Of a stretch of DNA of 64,000 nt, positions 15,137-24,284 are shown piece after piece (the first letter of the stretch is position 1; each line of letters begins with the position of its first letter). Both the position numbers and the translations under genes were made by a program. The stretch covers positions 13,483-77,482 of the forward strand of contig JANWLE010000069.1 of NCBI GenBank assembly GCA_025451035.1, in the 5' to 3' direction. Below the pieces are notes generated by a model, which was given only the letters and a program-made list of their open reading frames with translations, did no database searches and was not told where the DNA came from. The stretch is from Solirubrobacteraceae bacterium (GTDB lineage: Bacteria; Actinomycetota; Thermoleophilia; Solirubrobacterales; Solirubrobacteraceae).

Positions 15137-17026
15137 CTATGCGCCTGGCGCGCCAGGCGTTTCTGTTCGCCCGGGGCGGCTTGCTGCCGCCTCACCAAGC
15201 TTACTCTTGCGCGCAACATAAGTAATGAAGTCAGCATCCCCAATCCTATTTCGATCGGGCATGCTTGTGGCACGAGCCTGTATTTGGACTAGATCTGCGT
15301 ATACGTCTATTTCAGTAAAACCAGCGTTTCGCAGTAGTGAGAAGAGCTCTCCGTGCGAGAATGCGTGCAGGACTAGATCAGAGCCTCTCAATCTGCGGTC
15401 GTCAAGTTCACCGCGGTCACTAATCGCCGGCACGTTCCTAAAGAATCGCCAGTGAACCATCCGAGCGCCCTTATCCACGTGAGCCGGATACCCACGTATC
15501 TTTTGGCCTCGGTACATCACGTCACCTTGGGTAGTGGCAGAAAACTCCTTGACTGGATCAAAGTTAATACTTCGCGCGTTATCTAGTATGGCCTGAAAGT
15601 TCCGCTCATCAATGACTAGCAGGCCGTCCCCTACTAGTGATTCACGAAACGTCTTTAGGCACTGAAGTCGGCCAGCCGCGTCATCCACTAGGCATAGCGA
15701 GTTCCCAAGACAAAGAAGCGCGTCAAAGCGCAGATTTCCAGGCAACTGGTCTGGAAGGTCCTCCCACAGAATACTCATAAAATGGAGGTTTACGTCCTGG
15801 CTCTCGGCATACTCGAGCGCCTGCTGGGCAAGTAGTCCGTCTACCTCATTGGGGAACACTTGAAAGTCGTGGCGCATGAGAAACACGCTGTCGCATGCAA
15901 TACCAGCCGCAGCGTCAAACACCGATCGCTTACCGTCGAGGGTCTCAAGGAGGAACCTGGCCATCCCACCTTCCTCACGCGCCTCTGGCTCTACATAGTT
16001 GATCCACTCTACCGCCAGCTCTCTGTTTACCAGATCGAGGCCTGGCGCAACCTTCTCTAGAGGGATGGCCTCCGCCAAGACCTTCGTGACAAACTCACTG
16101 ATCTTCTCATATGTAGTGTTCTCTCTTTGGCTATCTCCCGGAAACCACATGCCCAACTTCGTGATGCCAGTGGACGTGTCGGGTTCAAACATAACAGCAA
16201 AATTCTTCCACAGGCAGACATCAGCGTTGCCAATCCCGTACTCTTGACGAAGAGCGTTTGCGCGGGCGACATCAATCCACGTCACATCAACGTCGTGATC
16301 CTGGTGCCAGCGGTAGAAGCTCTGGTAGTCGGGACGAGCATGCCGCCAATCCTTACTTAGGTCGCCTCGTGAAGTCGTCAACACGCGGCGGTCGTGCTTT
16401 GGATTGCCACGCTCACCAAGACTTTCGGCATGGGCGTCGAGATACCACGCATACTGAGTCATGTACTCGGCCGGGCGATGGCTATCCACGCCAATATAGG
16501 CTCCCCCACCGTTACTAAAAAAGCGGGCGAACCAAGGCCGCATCGCGGTTGTGTTGGTGACTGGATAGCCGGGCCCAGTGAGTCCCCCAACGATGTCGCG
16601 CGTTGCCTGTATCTGGGCTGTAGCGAAGCTACGAAGAAACTCGCGCTTGGGCTCTTGGGTGCAGGCGGCGATATCGCGGACGTGCGACATCATCGCTGGA
16701 ACACCCCACGTGATGGACCACCGCGTAAACATCATCACGGCTATGAGGACCGAGATATCAAAAGCGACCTCGGTAAACGCGTTATTGCCAAGAGGCGCTA
16801 GCTGCTGCCTTTGGGCGAAGGCAAGAAGGAGTCTGGCGACTACGGTTGTGACCAGCGGAATGGCAAAATCACGTGTCCAGCCACGAGTGGCAAGGCGGTG
16901 GAGCCACCAGTGCCAGACTGATCTCAGTAGCCGGTGTATTGGCTGAGGCAGGTGGTGCCCTATGCGCCTGATCCAGGAAGACTGACGACGGATTTGAGCA
17001 TCCTGAGCGGTTTCAATAGTCGACAT
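15137..17026 (-). CDS. Membrane-anchored protein with an unknown central domain and a C-terminal GNMT-like class I SAM methyltransferase
   Basis: The likely start is ATG 17026 (MSTIETAQ...). Two hydrophobic segments: FAIPLVTTVVARLLLAF and VAFDISVLIAVMMFTRW. The C-terminus resembles glycine N-methyltransferases: VFDAAAGIACDS, FDALLCLGNSLCLV and DGLLVIDERNFQAIL. GC is lower than in the core, by eye. Confidence 0.7.
   Translation of the reverse strand: MSTIETAQDAQIRRQSSWIRRIGHHLPQPIHRLLRSVWHWWLHRLATRGWTRDFAIPLVTTVVARLLLAFAQRQQLAPLGNNAFTEVAFDISVLIAVMMFTRWSITWGVPAMMSHVRDIAACTQEPKREFLRSFATAQIQATRDIVGGLTGPGYPVTNTTAMRPWFARFFSNGGGAYIGVDSHRPAEYMTQYAWYLDAHAESLGERGNPKHDRRVLTTSRGDLSKDWRHARPDYQSFYRWHQDHDVDVTWIDVARANALRQEYGIGNADVCLWKNFAVMFEPDTSTGITKLGMWFPGDSQRENTTYEKISEFVTKVLAEAIPLEKVAPGLDLVNRELAVEWINYVEPEAREEGGMARFLLETLDGKRSVFDAAAGIACDSVFLMRHDFQVFPNEVDGLLAQQALEYAESQDVNLHFMSILWEDLPDQLPGNLRFDALLCLGNSLCLVDDAAGRLQCLKTFRESLVGDGLLVIDERNFQAILDNARSINFDPVKEFSATTQGDVMYRGQKIRGYPAHVDKGARMVHWRFFRNVPAISDRGELDDRRLRGSDLVLHAFSHGELFSLLRNAGFTEIDVYADLVQIQARATSMPDRNRIGDADFITYVARKSKLGEAAASRPGRTETPGAPGA
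15142..15167 (+). terminator. Intrinsic terminator for the R-M/vsr operon
   Basis: Perfect palindrome CGCCTGGCG/CGCCAGGCG (15142-15159) followed by TTTCTGTT. It overlaps the last codons of the convergent minus-strand gene. Confidence 0.5.
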
Positions 17027-17323
17027 GGCGCGGCACCCTACAGCATCGGTGCGAAAGATGCTAGTCGCTGGTACGGGTCGGCTAAACGGAATGGTTGGGA
17101 AGAGGGACGTAAGTGGGTGGTTGCGCCCGCGCCGCGCGAAGTGATCACTGAGGCCGAGAGCGACAGCGATTGGCCGCGCCCACCGTGCCAGCCTTAGGTA
17201 ACCCAAGATCCTGTATTGCAGCAGGGTTATTGCGCCGGAGTTAGCCGCCGCCGTCCATCATGTGCGTGGTGCGGCTCGAGACATATCGGCGGATACGTCG
17301 CCGGCATGAACGGCATCGTGAAC

Positions 17324-18256
17324 TTATCGGAGATCCAGGTCCCCGCTGTTGTCTGGATCGTGCTCAAAGCGTCCGAGGTCATCCTCGCGATGTCGGAGGG
17401 AGATGACGTGGGCGCGGCGGTCAGTTATCTCCCAAACAAAGAATTGACGACGCACCTCGCCTCTGCGGACGCCGCTGGAACCTGCGGCGGCTACGTATAG
17501 CGGGCCGTGATCCCACTTTTGCAATCCAAACTTCATGATCGTTGTTGCGTGTTGATGACCGTGCAACACCAGCGATGCCCCGAGTTCTACTAGACGTCTG
17601 ATTACTATTGTGGCGTCAACCGTAACGCTCACAACCAGCCGATCACTGTCGCCTGGATTAGCTGTCGCTGGCAGCACGGGCCGCGACCCCACAGGCAAGA
17701 GGTGATGATGTAGTACGGCCACGACTGTGTGCGTATCGGCGCTGATTCGTGCCTCACGCATACGGGCGCTGAGCGCATCCAGCTGTCGTTCGCCGACTAG
17801 CCCGAGACCTCTTTGGGCTTCGCTCTCAAGCTGGCATGAATCTAGCGCCACGATGGCCAATGGCTTCGAATGGTCATGTTCGATGATATGTACGGCCGGA
17901 AGGTCGACTGATGCTCCGAGCGCTTGCGCCAGCAACTTGTAGTCGTAGAGCTTGTCAGCCGGCTTAGCATCCCAGTCCACATCGTGGTTGCCGGGCACCA
18001 TGATGACGGATGTTGCGCCTGCCGCGCGAGCCAGTTGCTGGAGCTGCAGGCGTGCCTCGGCGCGCTCGCCTGCTGCTCGAGTCGTAAAGATGTCGCCCGA
18101 GAGAATTAGCGCATCGAAGCTAAGAGGCACGCAGTTCTCTTCCAGCCCTAGAAGAATCGCCTCGCGGAAAGTTCGTGCTGTTGGTGGCCGTCCATCTTGA
18201 CCAAAGGCATGATCGCGCCCGAAGTGGATGTCGGATAGCTGCAGCAGACGGTACAT
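17324..18256 (-). CDS. Calcineurin-like metallophosphoesterase
   Basis: All signature motifs are present: LSDIHFG, SGDIF, PGNHD, LHHH and HGHQH. Confidence 0.85.
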   Translation of the reverse strand: MYRLLQLSDIHFGRDHAFGQDGRPPTARTFREAILLGLEENCVPLSFDALILSGDIFTTRAAGERAEARLQLQQLARAAGATSVIMVPGNHDVDWDAKPADKLYDYKLLAQALGASVDLPAVHIIEHDHSKPLAIVALDSCQLESEAQRGLGLVGERQLDALSARMREARISADTHTVVAVLHHHLLPVGSRPVLPATANPGDSDRLVVSVTVDATIVIRRLVELGASLVLHGHQHATTIMKFGLQKWDHGPLYVAAAGSSGVRRGEVRRQFFVWEITDRRAHVISLRHREDDLGRFEHDPDNSGDLDLR

Positions 18257-18377
18257 AAGAACTCGGATAGGCCCCGCCGAGACCCGCGATGCTAGCTACA
18301 CGAAGACCTCGTCGATAGAACGCTTGATGTTGGGAGCACACGGCGCGCAAGTCAAATGCTAAAACGCGTACGATCTG

Positions 18378-19979
18378 ATGCTGATGAAGCAGGTACCCGA
18401 CCTCGTATCCGTCCGCGAGATGGTCGACATGGTCCAGAATGGACAGCTCGCAATCCCTGAGTTCCAGCGGCCGTTTGTTTGGAAGCCTCCGCAAGTAGCC
18501 GACCTGCTTGTGAGCGTGGCGCGACGGTGGCCGATTGGGACACTGCTTCTCTTGGAGGGACCACAGGACTTCGCGGTAAGGCCATTGGCTGAGGCGCCAG
18601 AGGTCACGAGCGCAACGCTTCTGCTCCTTGATGGTCAGCAGCGCATGACGGCTCTCTACCGAGCCCTCGGCGACCACGTGGGCGACGAGGTCTACTACGT
18701 CGATTTTAACGCTCTGCGAGAAGACAACGAGCTGTCGGATGAGCATATTAAGGTTCGGCAGCGGAAGGCATTTGTCCGACAATACCCCGATGTTGCGGCT
18801 CGCGCCCGAAGCGGGTATGCGTTGGTAGGTGAGGTTGCGGACCCAGACCAATTCCTCGAATGGCTCCGCCAGGATCCCGCTGAAATGAAGGACTTTTCTT
18901 CCCTACGTAATTCGCAGCTCGCAGGACTTCAGGATTACTCGGTTCCGGCTGTGCGGCTTTCGCGCGATATCGGCTTTGAGGCGCTAGCCAAGATCTTTGA
19001 GACAATCAATCGTACGGGTGTGAGGCTGGCGACCTTCGACCTAATGGTCGCCCGCATGTATCCTCGAAACTTCGATCTGCGTGCGAAGTGGACCGCTGCC
19101 GTCGAGACACACGAGGATCTACGGCGATTCGCGGTAGAGGGTATGGAGATTCTGCGCCTGATTGCTCTACGTGAGCTGCTGCGCGAGATACGCGAGCAAG
19201 ATCTCCGCCGGGTAAAGGGCGTGCGCCAAGGAGACGTCCTCGGGCTCGATGCAGCGGTTGTCAAGCAAGACTGGGACGCATCCGTTGCTGCCTACGTCGC
19301 GGCGCTGGGCCTGGTCCGTAAGCGTTGCGGAGTGGTCAATAAGGCGCTTATGCCTGCTTCGACGATGTTGCTGCCCCTTGCCGCGACCCTAGCCGACAAC
19401 CGCGCGGGCGCTGAGCCGGCGGCGGAGCGGTTCTTTTGGGCTGCCGGTTTGGCACAGGTTTATGCCCAGGGCGCTAATACCCAAGCTGTGCGCGACGCGC
19501 GCGAGCTGGAGCGCGAGCTTGAAGGTGGAGAACCACCAGAGGTCGTATGTCGCGCCGAGGCAGACCAGGAGCTACTGCTGGATTCACGCCGCCGCAATGA
19601 GGTGCTATTGCGCACGCTTAGCTGCTTGTTGGTGCGTAATGGCGCGCGCGACTGGCTCACCGGACAGCCGCTTATCGATTTGGAAGATGAGCCGGTGGAG
19701 AGCATGGTGTTTCCAGAATCATGGTTGCGGTCCCGCGGAATCGTGCCAGATGGGTTGCTGAACTGGACGGTCCAGTCAAAGGAAACGGACGCGCAGCTTG
19801 CCGAGATGGAGCCATCCCAACTAGTGTCTCGTGGCGACCTTGTTCTCGCGGCAGTGGAGTCACAGCTGGTCGATCTCGCCGCACTACGTGCTAATGACTG
19901 GCAACTGTTTGCTGACAGCCGCGCACGGGCAATGCGTGGGCTTCTAGAGGTTCTGCTCCAGGATGTGCGCCAAATCTAG
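18378..19979 (+). CDS. DUF262 (ParB-like/GmrSD N-terminal type) domain protein without a recognisable His-Me nuclease domain
   Basis: IPEFQRPFVW and LLLDGQQRMTALY are the DUF262 signatures. There is no histidine in the last ~160 residues. Confidence 0.85.
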   Translation: MLMKQVPDLVSVREMVDMVQNGQLAIPEFQRPFVWKPPQVADLLVSVARRWPIGTLLLLEGPQDFAVRPLAEAPEVTSATLLLLDGQQRMTALYRALGDHVGDEVYYVDFNALREDNELSDEHIKVRQRKAFVRQYPDVAARARSGYALVGEVADPDQFLEWLRQDPAEMKDFSSLRNSQLAGLQDYSVPAVRLSRDIGFEALAKIFETINRTGVRLATFDLMVARMYPRNFDLRAKWTAAVETHEDLRRFAVEGMEILRLIALRELLREIREQDLRRVKGVRQGDVLGLDAAVVKQDWDASVAAYVAALGLVRKRCGVVNKALMPASTMLLPLAATLADNRAGAEPAAERFFWAAGLAQVYAQGANTQAVRDARELERELEGGEPPEVVCRAEADQELLLDSRRRNEVLLRTLSCLLVRNGARDWLTGQPLIDLEDEPVESMVFPESWLRSRGIVPDGLLNWTVQSKETDAQLAEMEPSQLVSRGDLVLAAVESQLVDLAALRANDWQLFADSRARAMRGLLEVLLQDVRQI

Positions 19980-20260
19980 GTTACAACAGGCAACTCAGAC
20001 TAGCCTGTAGTCAACAACGCGGCGGTGACCCGCAGTGCCACTCAATGAGAATACTGACCGGAAGCTGGCGAAAGTCAGGGTCCTGATAGGTTTAGCTGCC
20101 GCTGGAAGCGCCCCCAGGTTTAGGACCGAAGACCGATCCTTGGTCCTAAACCCCAGCAAAAACCCCGCAAACTGCGGCCTGTTTGGGTCTACTGCGTAGG
20201 GAGCAAACTACAGGTAAAAGTCCTCCTCTTCAGCGAATTCATGTAGTTCCTCAAGGGCCG

Positions 20261-20302
<42 letters not shown>

Positions 20303-20460
20303 TTCAGGGCTACGCTTCTCCGGCAACCGGTCTTCCGCAGATCGCTTGGGGGCCGCGGCGCGGTCAGCTACCGGTGGGTAGACGTCTCCTGGCCTTTAAG
20401 CCTAGTTGCCTGGCGTGGCCCGAGAAAAGCGCCAGGCGCTACTTGTTCGGGATGTCGTGC

Positions 20461-20865
20461 TCAGGCAATCACTACCTCCCTTGGAAACTCTGCGAGCAAG
20501 TCTTCGAGCGTCGCCTGAAAGGCCGTCTCGGCCGGATGCAAATGCGCTTCGGGCGCCAGAGCAAAGAGCCGCTCGATGAACTCCTCCCAGCGCAATGCGG
20601 GGCGCATTTGTATTCGCAGGCGCACTGGATCCTCGCCCGGGTTCCAGGCGACATGGGGTGTTCCAGGGGGCGCCACGACAACCTCGCCCGCACCCGCGGT
20701 GACTTGCGCCTCGCCGATCCGGAAGCACGCAACTCCGCTTATGATTTCCCACCGCTCCTGCATATGGGGGTGAAGGTGCGACGCCGCGCGGGGCCCCGGC
20801 CTCGTCCAGAAATCATCGAGTTCGGGCAGGCGCCCGCCGGTTTCAGCCGCAGTCAGCAGGAACAC
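20461..20865 (-). CDS. Cupin domain protein
   Basis: 134 aa with a GTG start. HLHPHMQERWEIISGVACFRIG...VVVAPPGTPHVAWN is a cupin metal-site pattern. Confidence 0.8.
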   Translation of the reverse strand: MFLLTAAETGGRLPELDDFWTRPGPRAASHLHPHMQERWEIISGVACFRIGEAQVTAGAGEVVVAPPGTPHVAWNPGEDPVRLRIQMRPALRWEEFIERLFALAPEAHLHPAETAFQATLEDLLAEFPREVVIA

Positions 20866-20880
20866 GATCCGCTCGCCTGT

Positions 20881-20895
20881 GGGGGGGGGGGGGGG
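20881..20895. repeat. Homopolymeric G15 (C15 on the minus strand) tract
   Basis: Fifteen consecutive G. The tract lies 16 nt upstream of the cupin GTG start and ~100 nt upstream of pyrE. Confidence 0.95.
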
Positions 20896-20996
20896 TTCTC
20901 TATCTCATCGCCGACCCGCGCCGTTGCCCGATGTTAGCCCGGGGACGTTCTCGCGGCACAACAGGGGTCAGGCACCCTAGGCTTGACGGTGAAAAC

Positions 20997-21524
20997 ATGA
21001 GCAACTCGGACTCTCTATCTAGACGCATCTTTGAGCGGGCGCACCTCACCGGGGAATTCCGTCTGCGCTCCGGCCAGCTGAGCAGCGAGTACTTCGACAA
21101 GTACAGGTTCGAGTCAGACCCCGTGCTTCTGCGCGAGATAGCCGCGGCCTTGGTGGCAGCTCTTCCCACTGGCGTTGACGCACTCGCTGGACTCGAGCTC
21201 GGCGGGGTGCCGCTGGCGAGCGTAGCCTCACAGATATGTGGTCTGCCTACCTTGTTCGTGCGCAAGCATGCGAAGAGCTATGGAACTTGCAGGCTCGCCG
21301 AGGGGGGCGAGCTGGACGGCAAGTGTCTGGCGATCATCGAGGACGTCGTTACCTCGGGAGGGCAGGTGATTGACTCTGCCAGGGAGCTCAGAAACCGAGG
21401 TGCCGCGATCGTAGTGGTTCTCTGTGTAATCGATCGCGAAGCGGGCGGTGCAGAGAACCTGGCCAAGGAGGGACTAGTCCTCAGGTCGCTCTACCGTATG
21501 AGCGAGCTCAACAGCCGGCCCTGA
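20997..21524 (+). CDS. pyrE: Orotate phosphoribosyltransferase
   Basis: FRLRSGQLSSEYFDKY... and the PRPP motif CLAIIEDVVTSGGQ. ATG 20997 is preferred over the extended track start. Confidence 0.9.
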   Translation: MSNSDSLSRRIFERAHLTGEFRLRSGQLSSEYFDKYRFESDPVLLREIAAALVAALPTGVDALAGLELGGVPLASVASQICGLPTLFVRKHAKSYGTCRLAEGGELDGKCLAIIEDVVTSGGQVIDSARELRNRGAAIVVVLCVIDREAGGAENLAKEGLVLRSLYRMSELNSRP

Positions 21525-21545
21525 CCAGTACGGTCGTGGGACCAT

Positions 21546-21830
21546 CTAGACCGCATTGGCTTCAGCCCAGGCGACGATCTCCTTCGAGCCGTCAATGACG
21601 GTGCCGTCGTCGAGTTGGAGTGTCGGGACCATACTGTTGCCAGTTAGACGCCTGACCTCCCGCCGCCCAGGCGTTTGATTGAAGACGTCCGGCAGGATCC
21701 CAACCCCGTAGCTCTTGATTACTTCTGGGTCATGCCCCGCGCTCTTGAGCGCCCTATAGGCGTTGCCGCAAGCATGACCGCCCGGTCGCGGCGTCATGGT
21801 GAAGGTTCCATAGCAAACGTAAAGCTTCAT
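21546..21830 (-). CDS. Glutaredoxin-like / GST N-terminal (thioredoxin-fold) protein
   Basis: 94 aa: MKLYVCYG...HACGNAY...VPTLQLDDGTVIDGSKEI. Confidence 0.65.
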   Translation of the reverse strand: MKLYVCYGTFTMTPRPGGHACGNAYRALKSAGHDPEVIKSYGVGILPDVFNQTPGRREVRRLTGNSMVPTLQLDDGTVIDGSKEIVAWAEANAV

Positions 21831-21839
21831 GCGCTACCG

Positions 21840-22469
21840 TTAGGAGACCTTCAGCGTTCCTTCCATACCCGCTTGGCGGTGCCCTGGGATGGAACAGTAG
21901 AAGGTGTAGGTGCCGGGCTTCAGGCGAAGCGTGAGCTTCCGGGAGCCGCCCTGGAAGGTGGGTGTGGCGCCTAGCACCTTGCCGCCTTGGGCGATCGTCA
22001 CATTGTGCGCCAGCGGGGCGGCGTTAGTCAACGTGACGGTGACCTCGCCCGCCTTGGCTTGTAGCCGCTTGGTGTCGTAGGCGAGCTGGCCTTCGGGGTT
22101 CGTGGCGAACTTGACCGAGGAGCCTGCCGATTCGGGAGTTTCACCAGTGGTGCTTGGCGCCGAAGGCGACCCGGTCGTGGCCGCGGGTTCCTGCGTGGTG
22201 CGCGCTGTAGAGCCACCCGAGTTAGCTGCCTTGGAGGGCGTGCCCGAGGTGATGACGCCGCTTGCCATGGTCGCGATGACAAGGACGGCGCTTACGAGCA
22301 TGACGATCCGCTCACCGCCGATGTTGGCCGGGAACCCAGATCTTCTCAGCCCGATCCCAAGCGAGACGAGGACGGCCCAGGCAGCCAAGGCGCTGGCGAA
22401 GACATAGAAGGCGACACGGCTCTTCTCTGCGGCGAAAACGGGAATTAGTTGTAGTGCTGTTGCGTGCAT
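21840..22469 (-). CDS. Membrane-anchored cupredoxin (plastocyanin/azurin-like copper protein)
   Basis: N-terminal TM helices. C-terminus: VTVTLTNAAPLAHNV...GTYTFYCSIPGHRQAGMEGTL (type-1 Cu ligands H, C, H, M). Confidence 0.75.
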   Translation of the reverse strand: MHATALQLIPVFAAEKSRVAFYVFASALAAWAVLVSLGIGLRRSGFPANIGGERIVMLVSAVLVIATMASGVITSGTPSKAANSGGSTARTTQEPAATTGSPSAPSTTGETPESAGSSVKFATNPEGQLAYDTKRLQAKAGEVTVTLTNAAPLAHNVTIAQGGKVLGATPTFQGGSRKLTLRLKPGTYTFYCSIPGHRQAGMEGTLKVS

Positions 22470-22516
22470 TCAGCGCGAGCCTAACGGATGCGAACAAGGA
22501 TATGCTGCACGACGGC

Positions 22517-23407
22517 ATGGTGGATGCGATACGCACTCCCGACGAGCTTCTGGAAGGGCTTCCCCAGTTCCCGTTCTTGTCGCGGTATCGCGAGGTGGAC
22601 GGGTTGCGCTTGGCGCATCTGCAAGAGGGTGAAGGCCCACCGGTCATCTTTATGCACGGTGAGCCGACTTGGTCATTTCTGTGGCGCAAGATCATCCCTA
22701 GCGTCCGTGACGCTGGATTTAGCTGCATCGCGCCGGATCTCCCCGGCTTCGGCCGCTCGGATAAGCCGGTCGACATCGGCTGGTATTCATACGATCGCCA
22801 CACACAGCTGGCAGCGAGCCTGCTCGAGGATCTGGATCTGAGGGGCGCGACCATCGTCGTTCATGACTGGGGAGGCCCGATCGGTCTGCGTCTGGCGGTC
22901 GAGCACCGAGACCGCATCGATCGGCTCGTCATACTCGACACCGGGCTGTTCACTGGCCGGCAAGCGATGGCGGACGCGTGGATTGCCTTCCGCGATTTCG
23001 TTGAGCGCACGGAGGATCTGCCTGTCGGCTTTCTGGTGAAGGGAGCTTGCAAGACCGATCCCGGCGATGAGGTGATAGCCGCATATGACGCCCCATACCC
23101 CAATGCCGCCTCAAAGGCCGGGGCACGTGCGTTTCCTCTGCTGATCCCGCATACACCTGAGGCGCCTGGCGCTGCTGCTGGCCAGCGGGTGCTAGACGCG
23201 CTGCGGGAGGACCAGCGCCCGACGTTGATGTTGTGGGCTGATTCGGACCCCGTCCTACCGTTCTCGGTGGGAGAGCGGTTTGCTCACGCAATTGGTCGCG
23301 AGGCTCCGAGGATGATCGAGGGAGCCTCGCACTTCCTCCAAGAGGACAAGGGGCCCGAGATCGGCGTCTTGATCGCCGACTGGCTTACAAGTCAGCGTTC
23401 TGTGTGA
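22517..23407 (+). CDS. Haloalkane dehalogenase (alpha/beta hydrolase, DhlA-like)
   Basis: MVDAIRTPDE..., FMHGEPTWSFLWRKIIP, GFGRSDKP and VVHDWGGPIGLRL. The start is set at ATG 22517 by similarity to the DhlA N-terminus (MINAIRTPDQ). Confidence 0.85.
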   Translation: MVDAIRTPDELLEGLPQFPFLSRYREVDGLRLAHLQEGEGPPVIFMHGEPTWSFLWRKIIPSVRDAGFSCIAPDLPGFGRSDKPVDIGWYSYDRHTQLAASLLEDLDLRGATIVVHDWGGPIGLRLAVEHRDRIDRLVILDTGLFTGRQAMADAWIAFRDFVERTEDLPVGFLVKGACKTDPGDEVIAAYDAPYPNAASKAGARAFPLLIPHTPEAPGAAAGQRVLDALREDQRPTLMLWADSDPVLPFSVGERFAHAIGREAPRMIEGASHFLQEDKGPEIGVLIADWLTSQRSV

Positions 23408-24284
23408 GCTGGTGCTGCTCCGGTGCGGCTGGCAGCCCTGGCTCCGACTGGGCCGCGCGCAGGTGGTAGTCGCGGCGCGCTGCCATGTCTGCGCCGGCAA
23501 GGACCCGGTCAGCCTTCATCACTCGGGCCATCCCCTCTGATAGGCGGCGCGGTAGAAGGGCCCCCACCCGGAACGTGTACTTTGCGGACTTCGGAACCCA
23601 CACTTCCACGGTCCCGAACTGCAGAGCGTCCACGATCGCGCCTGCAACGTCCCCGGGCTCGAGCGTGGTCATTCCAAACGCATTGGCTGTCCCGCTTCCG
23701 AGCTCGGTGTTGACGACGAACGGCATCACATAGCTGAGGTCTATGTGGGCGTCCATCAGACGCAGCTCACCGCGCACCGCCTCGGTAAGGCCAATCACGG
23801 CATGCTTGGTGGCCGAATATGTTGCGCCGCCCGGCGCACCGTACTTGCCCGCCTGGGAGGCAATGTTCACGATGTGCCCGCGGTCGCGGGCAAGCATGCG
23901 CTCCAGGGCGAGCTTCATGCCGATGATCACACCGTGCAGGTTGATGTCCACCATGCGGCGTGCGGTCAAATCATCCTCGTCGATAAAGCGCCCGATAGGC
24001 ATTATGCCGGCGTTATTGACAAGCACATCGAGCGGGCCGAGCTGCTGTTCAGCGGCGTCCAGGAAATTCGAGAAGGACTCACGGTCGGTCACGTCGAGCG
24101 GTAGCGCGATTGCTCGTTGACCAAGCTCTGTCGCCGTCTTCTCCGCAAGCGCAGCGTCCACGTCGCCGATCGCGACTCTCATCCCCACGCCTAGGAGGGC
24201 TTCTGCTGTCGCGCGGCCGATGCCGCGCGCACCGCCTGTGATCGCCGCGGTTTGTCCGGCGAGAATACGAGGTTGCTTGGCCAT
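23385..24284 (-). CDS. SDR family oxidoreductase
   Basis: TAAITGGARGIGRATA, NNAG and YSATKHAV motifs. Confidence 0.9.
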   Translation of the reverse strand: MAKQPRILAGQTAAITGGARGIGRATAEALLGVGMRVAIGDVDAALAEKTATELGQRAIALPLDVTDRESFSNFLDAAEQQLGPLDVLVNNAGIMPIGRFIDEDDLTARRMVDINLHGVIIGMKLALERMLARDRGHIVNIASQAGKYGAPGGATYSATKHAVIGLTEAVRGELRLMDAHIDLSYVMPFVVNTELGSGTANAFGMTTLEPGDVAGAIVDALQFGTVEVWVPKSAKYTFRVGALLPRRLSEGMARVMKADRVLAGADMAARRDYHLRAAQSEPGLPAAPEQHQLTQNADL

